Source: Planctomycetota bacterium
GTDB taxonomy: Bacteria; Planctomycetota; Phycisphaerae; Phycisphaerales; SM1A02
Direction: 5' to 3'
DNA: 27,416 nt
Assembly: GCA_046047335.1 (NCBI GenBank)
Contig: JBJOIF010000166.1
Coordinates: 1-27,416 of the forward strand
Part shown: positions 15,269 through 23,645 of the stretch, one piece after another
How the letters are laid out: the number at the start of each line of letters is the position of its first letter
How positions within the stretch are numbered: the stretch's first letter is position 1
Position numbers and translations under genes: made by a program
The notes under the pieces: model-generated
Database searches by the model: none
What the model saw: the letters and a program-made list of their open reading frames with translations, nothing else
What the model was told of the DNA's origin: nothing

Positions 15269-16186
15269 TCACTCCGCGAACATCGCCTCGACGAACCGGT
15301 CCGGGTCGAAGGACTGCACGTCGTCGGGCGTCTCGCCGATGCCGACCAGCTTGACGGGCACGTCCAGCGCGTCGCGGATGGCCAGGACGATGCCCCCCTT
15401 CGCGGTGCCGTCGAGCTTCGCCAGGAAGATGCCCGTGACATCGCACGCCGCCTTGAAGGCCGTGGCCTGCGCCACCGCGTTCTGGCCGCTGGTGGCGTCG
15501 AGCACCAGGAGCGTCTCGTGCGGCGCCCCGGGGATCTTGCGGGCGATCACGTTGCGGATCTTGGTGAGCTGACGCATGAGGTTGTCCTGCGTGTGCAGGC
15601 GACCGGCCGTGTCCACCAGCAGCACGTCCACGCCACGGGCCACCGCGGCGTCGGCGGCGTCGAACGCCACCGCTGCGGGATCGGCACCCGCCGCGCCCTT
15701 GACGATGTCCACGCCGAGCCGGCGCGACCACGTCTCCAACTGCGCCACGGCGCCGGCTCGGAAGGTGTCGGCGGCGGCCAAGAGCACCGTCCGGCCGTCG
15801 TCGCGCAGGCTCTTGGCGATCTTGGCGACGCTGGTGGTCTTGCCCGCGCCGTTGATACCGACCACCAGCACCACGGTCGGTCGCGCCGGTGCCACCGCGA
15901 TGTCGCGTGCGCCCGAGCCCAGGCGTGCCTTGATGGCCGTCTTCAGCCACTCCACGGCGTCCTCGCCGCGCGGCACGCGGCCGGCACGGAAGTCCGCGCG
16001 GAGACCGGCGCACAGTTCGCGCGCGGCGCGCACGCCGACGTCTGCGGACACCAGCGTCCGCTCCACCTGGTCGATCAGTTCCTCGCTGAGCGTCCGTCCG
16101 TGGAGGATCGAGCGAAACCCGGCGCCGAACGCCTCGGCGGTTCGCCGCAGTCCCCGGCGGATGGCGTCCATCGCCGAACGGAACAC
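15269..16186 (-). CDS. ftsY: Signal recognition particle receptor FtsY (NG-only form)
   Basis: GINGAGKTTS, AADTFRAGA, DTAGRLHT, VLDATSGQN, KLDGTAKGG, VGIGETPDDV..FDP. GTG start at 16186, 1 nt after the nusB stop, gives the amphipathic helix MFRSAMDAIRRGL. Confidence 0.97.
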   Translation of the reverse strand: MFRSAMDAIRRGLRRTAEAFGAGFRSILHGRTLSEELIDQVERTLVSADVGVRAARELCAGLRADFRAGRVPRGEDAVEWLKTAIKARLGSGARDIAVAPARPTVVLVVGINGAGKTTSVAKIAKSLRDDGRTVLLAAADTFRAGAVAQLETWSRRLGVDIVKGAAGADPAAVAFDAADAAVARGVDVLLVDTAGRLHTQDNLMRQLTKIRNVIARKIPGAPHETLLVLDATSGQNAVAQATAFKAACDVTGIFLAKLDGTAKGGIVLAIRDALDVPVKLVGIGETPDDVQSFDPDRFVEAMFAE

Positions 16187-16187
16187 C

Positions 16188-16643
16188 TCAGCCCTCCCCC
16201 GCGCCGCCCGCACCGGCATGCATGACGCGGTCGAGCACCCCGTTCACGAACTTGCCGCTCTCGGCGGCGCCGAACTCCTTGGCGAGCTCGACGGCGTCGC
16301 TCACCACCTTGGGCGCAGGAGCCCCGGTGTGCCGCAGCTCGTACCACCCCAAGCGAAGCAGGTTGCGGTCCACCACCGGCTGACGGTGCGGGGGCCACTC
16401 GCGGGCCAGCGCGGCGATCTCGCGATCGGCCTCGTGCCGGTGCTGCCACGCGGCCTGTGCCAACCGCACGCCGCGCTCGACGTCGTCGGGGCGCGCCGCG
16501 TCGCCGGCCTCGTCGCCAAGCACGCCGACCAGCGAACGATCGTCGCCGGGAGCGGCCTCGCCGGCCGACGCATCCATCTGGTAGAGCGCCTGCAGCGCGC
16601 AGCGCCGCATGGCGAGCGTCACGTCGAGGGCTGCACCGCTCAC
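16188..16643 (-). CDS. nusB: Transcription antitermination factor NusB
   Basis: RRCALQALYQMD, VDRNLLRLGWYEL, VVSDAVELAKEFG, FVNGVLD. Confidence 0.96.
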   Translation of the reverse strand: MSGAALDVTLAMRRCALQALYQMDASAGEAAPGDDRSLVGVLGDEAGDAARPDDVERGVRLAQAAWQHRHEADREIAALAREWPPHRQPVVDRNLLRLGWYELRHTGAPAPKVVSDAVELAKEFGAAESGKFVNGVLDRVMHAGAGGAGEG

Positions 16644-17110
16644 GACCTGGCCTCGCGAAGCGCGTTCGCCGTGGCGACCGCGGCATCCATGGCCTCGGCG
16701 CCCTTGTTGCCCAACGCGCCCCCCGCGCGGGCCTGCGCCTGCTCAAGGGTGTCCACGGTGAGGACGGCCAGGCCCACCGGCTTGCCGCGCGCCACCGAGG
16801 AGCGCATCAGGGCTTCGGTCACGGCGTGCCCGAGCACGCGGTCGTGCACCGTCTCGCCGCGCACGATGCAGCCGACTGCCACCGCCAGGTCGCAGTCGCC
16901 GCGCGCGAGCGCCGCGTCCACCAGCACCGGAAGTTCGAACGACCCGGCCGCACGGATCAAGCGCATCGATGCCGCCTGCCCGCCCGCGGCGACGAACGCC
17001 GCGCGCGCACCCGCCACCAGCGCCGAGGTCACGGCATCGTGATACACGCTGGACACGATCACGGCCCGCAGGCCGCGTGCGTCGGGGGAGATGGCGGGCG
17101 TGTCCTTCAT
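16640..17110 (-). CDS. ribH: 6,7-dimethyl-8-ribityllumazine synthase
   Basis: LVAGARAAF, AGSFELP, AVGCIVRGETVH, PVGLAVLTVDTLEQA..RAGG..GNKG.EA. Confidence 0.97.
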   Translation of the reverse strand: MKDTPAISPDARGLRAVIVSSVYHDAVTSALVAGARAAFVAAGGQAASMRLIRAAGSFELPVLVDAALARGDCDLAVAVGCIVRGETVHDRVLGHAVTEALMRSSVARGKPVGLAVLTVDTLEQAQARAGGALGNKGAEAMDAAVATANALREARS

Positions 17111-17132
17111 GAGCGCCTCGAGCGGGCGCAGG

Positions 17133-17138
17133 ATGCTA
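17133..17138 (-). promoter_or_regulatory. -10 box TAGCAT for the ribH-nusB-ftsY operon (short leader with GAGG)
   Basis: TAGCAT-22 nt containing GAGG-ATG(17110). Confidence 0.5.
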
Positions 17139-17151
17139 GCGGGTGCACCGC

Positions 17152-17157
17152 TACGAT
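17152..17157 (+). promoter_or_regulatory. -10 box TACGAT, putative leaderless promoter of the UbiA-family gene
   Basis: TACGAT-gccccg-ATG(17164), 6-nt spacer. Confidence 0.6.
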
Positions 17158-17163
17158 GCCCCG

Positions 17164-18165
17164 ATGCGGACCGTCGCCGGGCGAATCCTCGACGCGTTCA
17201 GACTGACGCGGCTCTCGCTCGCGTTCGGGGCCGTCTGCGAGCTGTGGCTGGTGACGCTGGTCACCCGGGCGGACCCGCGGTACGTCCACCTGCCCGTCTA
17301 CCACATGCCGCTCTGGAAGGCGCTGTCGGCCACCGCGCTGGTCGCCATCGGGCTCTTCGCCTTCGCGGCCAGCCTGAACGACCTGCTCGACGTGCGGCAC
17401 GACCGGCAGTTCAGCCCCGACCGGCCGCTGGCGGCGGGGCGCATCCGCACGTCGAGCGCGGCGCTCGTGTCGTTCGCGGCGCTGATGCTTGCCGTGGTGT
17501 GCTCGAGCGTGCTGGGCGAGGCGGCGCTGGTGCTGACGGTGGCGGTGAGCGCAGGCATCCTCTTCTACGACGCGGTGGCCAAGCACATTCCCTCGCTGGG
17601 GATCGCCGTGGTGGGCCTGGTGCATGCCGCCAACATGTTCATCCCGAACTGGACGCTGACCTTCACGCTTCCCGTGTGGTGGTCGATGTCGCACGCGGTG
17701 GCGGTGGCGGCCAGCGTGCACCGCATCGAGGACAAGCGCCCGTACTTCGGCACCAAGCGCATCCTGACGCTGGTGGCGGCGTGGATCTTCTGGTCAGCGG
17801 TGCTCCTGGGCGGCGGCGCGCTCGCCAGCTCGGGAAGCGCCGGCGGATTCTGGCCGCAGGTCTCCGAAGGCGACCGCATCCTCGGCTCGGGTCCGGTGGG
17901 GCTCTTGTGGCCGGCGCTCGCGCTCGCGGGCTTCCTGCTGGTCGTGCGCGCCAAGGTGGCGGGACAGCCCGCCGCCATCGCCACCGAGAAGCTCCGCCGC
18001 TACGGCGCCATGTGGCAGGCGGTCAATGCGGCGGCGTGGCTGATGGCGGCCGGCCTTCCGAAGGAGGCATTGGGCATGGCGGTCCTCGCGGTCGCGGGCC
18101 TGGTGGCAATGACCATCCTCAAGGAGATCAACGGGCTCTCGGGGCGGCCGATCGGCTGGCGATGA
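17164..18165 (+). CDS. UbiA-family polytopic prenyltransferase (EboC-like branch possible)
   Basis: First Asp-rich motif LNDLLDVRHDRQFSPDRPLAAGRI, YDAVAK, about 8-9 TM helices. Start moved from 17143 to ATG 17164. Confidence 0.85.
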   Translation: MRTVAGRILDAFRLTRLSLAFGAVCELWLVTLVTRADPRYVHLPVYHMPLWKALSATALVAIGLFAFAASLNDLLDVRHDRQFSPDRPLAAGRIRTSSAALVSFAALMLAVVCSSVLGEAALVLTVAVSAGILFYDAVAKHIPSLGIAVVGLVHAANMFIPNWTLTFTLPVWWSMSHAVAVAASVHRIEDKRPYFGTKRILTLVAAWIFWSAVLLGGGALASSGSAGGFWPQVSEGDRILGSGPVGLLWPALALAGFLLVVRAKVAGQPAAIATEKLRRYGAMWQAVNAAAWLMAAGLPKEALGMAVLAVAGLVAMTILKEINGLSGRPIGWR

Positions 18166-18171
18166 TCGCGG

Positions 18172-18177
18172 TACCCT
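18172..18177 (+). promoter_or_regulatory. -10 box TACCCT, putative leaderless promoter of the lptD-like gene
   Basis: TACCCT-gcgccgc-GTG(18185), 7-nt spacer, inside a 19-nt intergenic gap. Confidence 0.55.
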
Positions 18178-18184
18178 GCGCCGC

Positions 18185-21100
18185 GTGACGGCCCGACCTG
18201 GACGCAACCGCTGTGCACGACGGGAATCGCCCCGGTTCGTGGCGCGTGCGTGCGCCGCGGTGATCGCCGCATCGACCGCACTCGCCGCCCCGGGACATGC
18301 GCAGGACCGGATCGTCGGCGCCCCGATCACCGGTGACCGCCTCGGCGGCTTCGTGCTTCCCACCGAACCGGGCACCTGGGACCTCACGGTGTCGGCCAAG
18401 GAGGCCAACGCGTGGAAGGTCGAGACCACACAGCGGCTCTACGTGCGCGGCGACGTCCGCGTGCGCATGGGGGCGTACGACTTCACCGCCGACCGCGCGG
18501 TGCTGTGGGTGGAGCGCATCCCGAGCGCGAAGGGCCTGATCACGCAGCTCGCCATCTGGTTCCCGGAGACGATCGAGCCCACGAAGGCCGCCGGGCTCGG
18601 CGCCGGCGGCGCGAACCTGTTCGTGACGGCGAGCACCTACGGAAGCGTGTCGCTCTCGGCGATTCTGTTCGACCCGGTGGCCCCCGCGGCGACGCCCGAC
18701 CTGGCGCGCGCGCAGCAGCGCCTGGCCGCCTACCTCGGCGGCCTCGCCACCGCGCCGCCGCCGATTCGGATCCTTCCCGAGGTGATCCGGCCAACCCCGC
18801 CTGCGCCGCCTCCGCCGCTGGTGGTGGGAGGCGTGGCGCCCATGGACCCAAGCGTCGCCGCCGCCATCGAGACGGCATCGCAGCGCTCCGCGGTGCGAGA
18901 CGTCCTCGAGTTCGCCGACCTGCCGCCTGCCCCGGTGGCACCGGTGCAGCCAGGCCAAGAGTTCGACCCTGCCGCCGACCGCCCGATGGTGGCGCCGGAC
19001 AGCACCGTGGCATTCGCCGCCGAGGACGTGCACGCAGACGCCTCCACCGACACGGTGCAACTCACCACCGGCGTGGCGATCGACGTCCTGCCTCGGTTCG
19101 ACGGCGGCGCGACCCGCGCGCTGCAGATGCACGCCGACCGCGCCGTGGTGTTCCTGCGCCCCGGCACGCTCGACGCCCTTCGCCAAGGACCAGGCGAGGT
19201 CCGCGCCGACGCCGTGATCGGCGTCTACCTCGAGGGCGACGTCCACGCCACCGACTTCCGGTACGCGATCCGTGCGCGCCGCGCCTACTACGACTTCGCG
19301 TCCAACCGCGCCAGCATGGTGGACGGGGTGCTGCGCACCAAGGACCGTCGCGGTGTCCCGCTGGTGGCCCGGGCGCGCGAACTGCGCCAGTACTCCGCCG
19401 ACCAGTTCCAGGCCGAGGGCGTCAAGGTCTCGATGAGCGAGTTCTTCGAGCCGCACCTCTCGATCGGCGCCGAGCGCGCCACCATCACGCAGACCGAGGC
19501 GTGGGACGGCACCGCCACCAGCAGGCTCTCCGCCCGCAACGTGACCTTCAACGCCGGCAAGCTGCCATTCTTCTGGCTGCCCACGTTCGAAGCCGACGGC
19601 ACCCTTGACCCGCCGATCAGTCGCATCAGCGGCAACTACAACGAGATCACCGGCGCGCAGATTGAGACCCGCTGGCGGCTCTTCTCCCTCCTTGGCCTCG
19701 CCCCGCCCCCGGACGTCGACCTGAACGTCGTGGCGCTTGGCTACACCAACTGGGGCGTCGGCTTGGGGCTCGAGGGCAACGTCCTGGGCACCCGGCTCGA
19801 CCTGCTGGGCATCTACGACTTCCAGAACGAGGAACAGACCTCGGCGGGCCAGCGCCTGGTCTCGCCGAACGCATGGCGCGGGACCGCCGCCGCCGACCGC
19901 ACGTTCGCGTTCACCGACACCGCCAAGCTGCAGTTGCAGGCGTCGTACGTCTCCGACGAGGCGTTCCTGCAGACCTGGCGCCAGCGCGAGTTCTCCAACA
20001 GCACGCAGCGCGAGACGAGCGCGTACTTCGTGGAGACCGAGGAGCGGTCCGAGCTCTCGGTGCTCATCAATACGCCCACCAACGGCGTGATCACCTCCAG
20101 CGCGCAGTTGGCGGCCCGGCCGTATCAGGTGCTCAAGTACCCCGAGGCGGCGTACAAGCGATGGGGCGACAGCCTGTTCGGCGACACGATCGCTTGGCAG
20201 CAGGAGTACAGCGCCAACCTGATGGCGATTGAGTACGGCACGGGCTCCGCGGCGAGCACCGGCGTGCGCGCCAATGCGTTCAACCTGAACAACCAGCCGA
20301 TCCCCGGCGGCGCGTACAACGCCAACACCACGCTGACGCAGCTCTACGGTGACCAGGGGTACAACGAGTCGTCCACCGTGCGCCTGTACACGCGGCAGGA
20401 GCTCTCGTCGACGTTCGGCGAGAGCGGGTGGAAGTTCACGCCATTTGCCTCGGTCACCGCCATCGGCTACCTCGGCGGCGACATCGAGTCGTACGGCTCG
20501 GCGGCCGACTCGTTCCGCGCGCTGGTGGCCGGCGGGTTCCGCAGCAGCGCCGACATCGTGGCCGACCACGACCGCGTCAGCGTGCCGGCACTCGACCTCA
20601 ACCGCATGCGCCACGTGCTCACCCCGTACGTCAACGGCTGGGCCGGCTGGAACACCGCGCAGAACCTGGCCTACGCCGTGTACGACCAAGAGATCGAGGG
20701 CGCCACGGGCAGCGCCGCCATCCAGGCCGGCGTCCGCCAGCGCTTCCAGACCATGCGCGGCGGCCCCGGGAACTGGCAGTCGGTCGACTGGCTGACCGTC
20801 GACGCCGGGCTCACCTGGAACGAGTCGGGCGACGACCTTGCGCGCAACTACGAGAGCGGGGCGCGCTACCGGCAGAGCCCGTTCCCCCAGTACTTCGCGT
20901 GGCGGCCCGAACTGAGCCAGTGGGGCCGGAACGCCTACGCCAACTTCATGCTGGCGGCCAGCAACACCCTCACGTTCCGCGGCAACGTCACGTACCTGCT
21001 GCAGGACTCGCTGCCCGACTTCGGGAGCGGGGCGTTTGGCCTCGACAACGCCGCCCGCGGCTCCCTCGGCGCGAGCATCCAGCACGCCCCGGACGTCACC

Positions 21101-21439
21101 AGCTTCATCGAGTACCGAGGCATCAACAACTTCGCACCGGAGAACCAGTACGTCTCCGATGCGCTGCTGGCCGGCGGGGTCAGCTACCAGATCGGCAAGG
21201 CGTACTCGGCGTCGTTCGTGCCGACCTACGACCTCAAGGAAAACGACTTCCGCGCGTTCAACCTGAACATCGCCCGCGAGATGCCGGACTTCACGCTGCT
21301 TGGGTCGTTCGGATACGACGCCATCCAGGACCAGTTCTTCGGCGGAATCAACATCAGTATCGGCGGCGTCAGCGCGCCCGGTGGACTGGTCGGCACCCGG
21401 GGCGGACTGCTGAGCCCCGAGAGCGGCGTGAACCGCTGA
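18185..21439 (+). CDS. lptD: LptD/OstA-like LPS-assembly outer-membrane beta-barrel protein, 1084 aa
   Basis: Signal peptide ending GHA/QD. OstA-like segments (LYVRGDVRV...FTADRAV; VYLEGDVHA...ARRAYYDF), LPFFWLP, SDEAFLQ, then amphipathic beta-strands with MRHVLTPY, GVRQRFQT, YD and RE..DF patterns typical of LptD C-domains. Confidence 0.8.
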   Translation: MTARPGRNRCARRESPRFVARACAAVIAASTALAAPGHAQDRIVGAPITGDRLGGFVLPTEPGTWDLTVSAKEANAWKVETTQRLYVRGDVRVRMGAYDFTADRAVLWVERIPSAKGLITQLAIWFPETIEPTKAAGLGAGGANLFVTASTYGSVSLSAILFDPVAPAATPDLARAQQRLAAYLGGLATAPPPIRILPEVIRPTPPAPPPPLVVGGVAPMDPSVAAAIETASQRSAVRDVLEFADLPPAPVAPVQPGQEFDPAADRPMVAPDSTVAFAAEDVHADASTDTVQLTTGVAIDVLPRFDGGATRALQMHADRAVVFLRPGTLDALRQGPGEVRADAVIGVYLEGDVHATDFRYAIRARRAYYDFASNRASMVDGVLRTKDRRGVPLVARARELRQYSADQFQAEGVKVSMSEFFEPHLSIGAERATITQTEAWDGTATSRLSARNVTFNAGKLPFFWLPTFEADGTLDPPISRISGNYNEITGAQIETRWRLFSLLGLAPPPDVDLNVVALGYTNWGVGLGLEGNVLGTRLDLLGIYDFQNEEQTSAGQRLVSPNAWRGTAAADRTFAFTDTAKLQLQASYVSDEAFLQTWRQREFSNSTQRETSAYFVETEERSELSVLINTPTNGVITSSAQLAARPYQVLKYPEAAYKRWGDSLFGDTIAWQQEYSANLMAIEYGTGSAASTGVRANAFNLNNQPIPGGAYNANTTLTQLYGDQGYNESSTVRLYTRQELSSTFGESGWKFTPFASVTAIGYLGGDIESYGSAADSFRALVAGGFRSSADIVADHDRVSVPALDLNRMRHVLTPYVNGWAGWNTAQNLAYAVYDQEIEGATGSAAIQAGVRQRFQTMRGGPGNWQSVDWLTVDAGLTWNESGDDLARNYESGARYRQSPFPQYFAWRPELSQWGRNAYANFMLAASNTLTFRGNVTYLLQDSLPDFGSGAFGLDNAARGSLGASIQHAPDVTSFIEYRGINNFAPENQYVSDALLAGGVSYQIGKAYSASFVPTYDLKENDFRAFNLNIAREMPDFTLLGSFGYDAIQDQFFGGINISIGGVSAPGGLVGTRGGLLSPESGVNR

Positions 21440-21466
21440 CCGACGCGCGGCGGCGCGGCCGCAGCA

Positions 21467-22495
21467 TCACTCGAACAGCTCGGCTCGGCCTGTGGGCGGC
21501 TCGATCCCCAGGTGCAGGAATGCGGCATCCGTGAGCCGACGGCCCTGCCGGGTGCGGGCCAGGAACCCCACCTGCAGGAGGTACGGCTCCACCACGTCCT
21601 CGAGGGTCTGGGCGTCCTCGCCGACGCTTGCGGCGATCGCCTCGAGACCGGCCGGCCCGCCGCGGTAGGTGGTGGCCAGCACGCGCATGTAGCGCCGGTC
21701 GAGCTCGTCCAGGCCGCGCGCGTCGATCCCCTCAAGCTCGAGCGCACCATCCACGGTGGCGCGGCCCATGCTCCCGTTGCCGCGCACCTGGCCGAAGTCG
21801 CGCACGCGGCGAAGCAGGCGAAGCGCCACGCGCGGCGTCCCGCGGCTGCGCTCGGCCAGCGCGTGCAGCGTCTCCGCGGGCAAACCGTCGATCCCCATCA
21901 GCCCCGCGGCACGGCGAAGGATCGCCACCAGGTCATCGTGCGGGTAGAAGCCCAGGTTGTGCGCGATGCCGAACCGCGAGCGCAGCGCCTGCGTCAGGAG
22001 CCCGGCGCGCGTCGTGGCACCGATCAGCGTGAACGGACGCAGGCCGATCGTGACCACCTTGGAGTGCATGCCGCCATCGACGGTGAAGTCGATGCGGAAG
22101 TCCTCCATGGCCGGATAGATGTACTCCTCGACCGCCGTAGGCAGGCGGTGGATCTCGTCGATGAAGAGCACGTCGTGCGCCTGCATCTTGGTGAGCGTGC
22201 CGATCAGGTCCGCGGCCTTGGTGAGGGCCGGTCCGCTGGTCACGTAGGCACGCGTGCCCATCTCCGCGGCGATCACGTGGGCGAGCGTGGTCTTGCCAAG
22301 CCCCGGCGGGCCGTGGAGCAACACGTGCTCCATGGGATCCGAACGGCCCTTGGCGGCCTCAATCGCGATCCGGACACGCTCCACGAGATCGCGCTGCCCA
22401 ACGTACTCGCCGATGCGCCCGGGCCGAAGTGCCGCGGTCGACGGCTCGGCATCGGCCGGCACCTCGGCCGCGGAGACGATGCGCTCGCGTGCCAC
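21467..22495 (-). CDS. ruvB: Holliday junction branch-migration helicase RuvB
   Basis: LRPGRIGEYVGQ, HVLLHGPPGLGKTTLAH, LFIDEIHRL, FTLIGATTRAG, RSRGTPRVA, EPYLLQ.GFLARTRQGR. GTG start at 22495, 5 nt after the lemA stop. Confidence 0.98.
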   Translation of the reverse strand: MARERIVSAAEVPADAEPSTAALRPGRIGEYVGQRDLVERVRIAIEAAKGRSDPMEHVLLHGPPGLGKTTLAHVIAAEMGTRAYVTSGPALTKAADLIGTLTKMQAHDVLFIDEIHRLPTAVEEYIYPAMEDFRIDFTVDGGMHSKVVTIGLRPFTLIGATTRAGLLTQALRSRFGIAHNLGFYPHDDLVAILRRAAGLMGIDGLPAETLHALAERSRGTPRVALRLLRRVRDFGQVRGNGSMGRATVDGALELEGIDARGLDELDRRYMRVLATTYRGGPAGLEAIAASVGEDAQTLEDVVEPYLLQVGFLARTRQGRRLTDAAFLHLGIEPPTGRAELFE

Positions 22496-22500
22496 GCCGC

Positions 22501-23091
22501 TCAGAACTGGACCACCGGTGCATTGCGCTGCGCCGGGTCGTCCACCTGGAAGAAGGGCATGTCCTGGAATCCGAACAACCGGGCCACCAGGAGGGTCGGG
22601 AACTGCCGCGCCATCGCGTTGTACGCCTCGGCGGCCCCGTTGTAGCCGCCGCGCGCGCCGGCGATCCGGTTCTCGATCTGCGAGAGCTCGCCCTGCAGCT
22701 GCAGGAAGTTCTGGTTGGCCTTGAGTTCGGGATACGCCTCCGCCACCGCCATGAGCCGTGCGAGGGCCCCCGTCAGCCCCTGCTCCGCCTGCAGGCGCTC
22801 CTCCATCGAGAGGTTGGGGCGGACCGCCGCAGCGCGCGCCGCGATCACGTTCTCGAGCGTCTGCTTCTCGTGGGTGGCGTAGCCCTTCACGGTCGCCACC
22901 AGGTTGGGGACCAGATCGTGGCGCCGGCGCAGTTCCACGTCGATGTTGCTGAAGGCGCCCTGTGCGGCGATCCGGCCGCGCGTCAGCCCGTTGAAGGCGC
23001 CGATGCCCCACAGCACGAGCAGCAGCGCCAGGAGCGCGATGCCGCCGACGATGACCAGCGCCAAGAGTCCGATGCCCATTCCGGTGCCCAT
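22501..23091 (-). CDS. lemA: LemA family protein
   Basis: N-terminal TM, FSNIDVELRRRHDLVPNLVATVKGYATHE, AEAYPELKANQNFLQLQ.EL..IENRI, FPT.LVA.LFGF. SD GGAGGAG 6 nt upstream of ATG 23091. Confidence 0.97.
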   Translation of the reverse strand: MGTGMGIGLLALVIVGGIALLALLLVLWGIGAFNGLTRGRIAAQGAFSNIDVELRRRHDLVPNLVATVKGYATHEKQTLENVIAARAAAVRPNLSMEERLQAEQGLTGALARLMAVAEAYPELKANQNFLQLQGELSQIENRIAGARGGYNGAAEAYNAMARQFPTLLVARLFGFQDMPFFQVDDPAQRNAPVVQF

Positions 23092-23135
23092 GCCGAGCTC
23101 CTCCTCCGGCGCACGTCGACGCCGCGTCAAGGTGC

Positions 23136-23141
23136 ACGATA
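23136..23141 (-). promoter_or_regulatory. -10 box TATCGT for the leadered lemA-ruvB transcript
   Basis: TATCGT 44 nt upstream of the lemA ATG, followed by a GGAGGAG SD. Confidence 0.45.
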
Positions 23142-23150
23142 CCCCACCCG

Positions 23151-23621
23151 TCAGCGCACACGCACCCCGGCCAGCCGCAACACCGCCCGGTACTCGGTGG
23201 CGGTGACCGGGGTCACGCTCAGCCGGTTGCCACGGCGCAGCGCCGCCATGTCCGCCAGGGCCGGTTCCGCGCGAAGTTCCGCGAGCGCCACGACCCGGGG
23301 CAGCGCCTGCACGAAGCGGAGGTCGCGCATGATCCAGCGCGGCGCGGCGCGGGTGGAGGCGGGGTCGTGGTACGGACTGCGGGCGTCGAACTGCGTCGGG
23401 TCCGGCCGGGGCGGTCCGACCACCTCGGCGATCCCGGCGACGCCCGCCGGGTCGGCGTTCGAGTGGTAGATCAGCACGCGGTCGCCCACGGCCATCGCGT
23501 CGCGCATGAAGTTGCGTGCCTGGTGGTTTCGCACGCCCTCCCATCCGGTGACGCCGTCCCGCGCCAGGTCGTCGATGGAATACACCTCGGGTTCGGTCTT
23601 GCAGAGCCAGTGGCCAGGCAT
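23151..23621 (-). CDS. EVE domain protein (THYN1-like, PUA superfamily), 156 aa
   Basis: C-terminal end of track ORF 23151..24998: MPGHWLCKTEPEVYSIDDL...WEGVRNHQARNFMRD.M..GD.VLIYHSN...PDPTQFD..SPYHDP...PRW...RLSVTPVT. Confidence 0.95.
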   Translation of the reverse strand: MPGHWLCKTEPEVYSIDDLARDGVTGWEGVRNHQARNFMRDAMAVGDRVLIYHSNADPAGVAGIAEVVGPPRPDPTQFDARSPYHDPASTRAAPRWIMRDLRFVQALPRVVALAELRAEPALADMAALRRGNRLSVTPVTATEYRAVLRLAGVRVR

Positions 23622-23627
23622 CTCGCG

Positions 23628-23637
23628 AGGATATGCT
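23628..23637. promoter_or_regulatory. Two overlapping divergent -10 boxes: TATCCT (minus, 23628-23633) and TATGCT (plus, 23632-23637)
   Basis: TATCCT-6 nt-ATG(23621, EVE) and TATGCT-8 nt-ATG(23646); the whole intergenic gap is 24 bp. Confidence 0.6.
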
Positions 23638-23645
23638 CGGCCGAG

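Noticed and set aside
15269-17110. ribH-nusB-ftsY cluster and short FtsY lacking the acidic A-domain
   Set aside because: ribH-nusB linkage is widely conserved and NG-only FtsY is common; ordinary housekeeping.
17111-17163. Possible FMN riboswitch upstream of ribH
   Set aside because: The spacer is only 53 bp and is shared with a divergent promoter; no RFN-like sequence.
18128-21085. 985-aa antisense ORF over lptD, plus many other 200-870-aa Arg/Ala/Pro/Gly-rich ORFs (for example 976..3579, 4198..5883, 4704..6608, 6740..9187)
   Set aside because: Shadow frames of well-supported genes with no motifs; expected at this GC content.
23151-23621. EVE domain as a modification-dependent anti-phage module
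   Set aside because: It is the stand-alone THYN1-like type with no nuclease, ATPase or toxin gene fused or adjacent.
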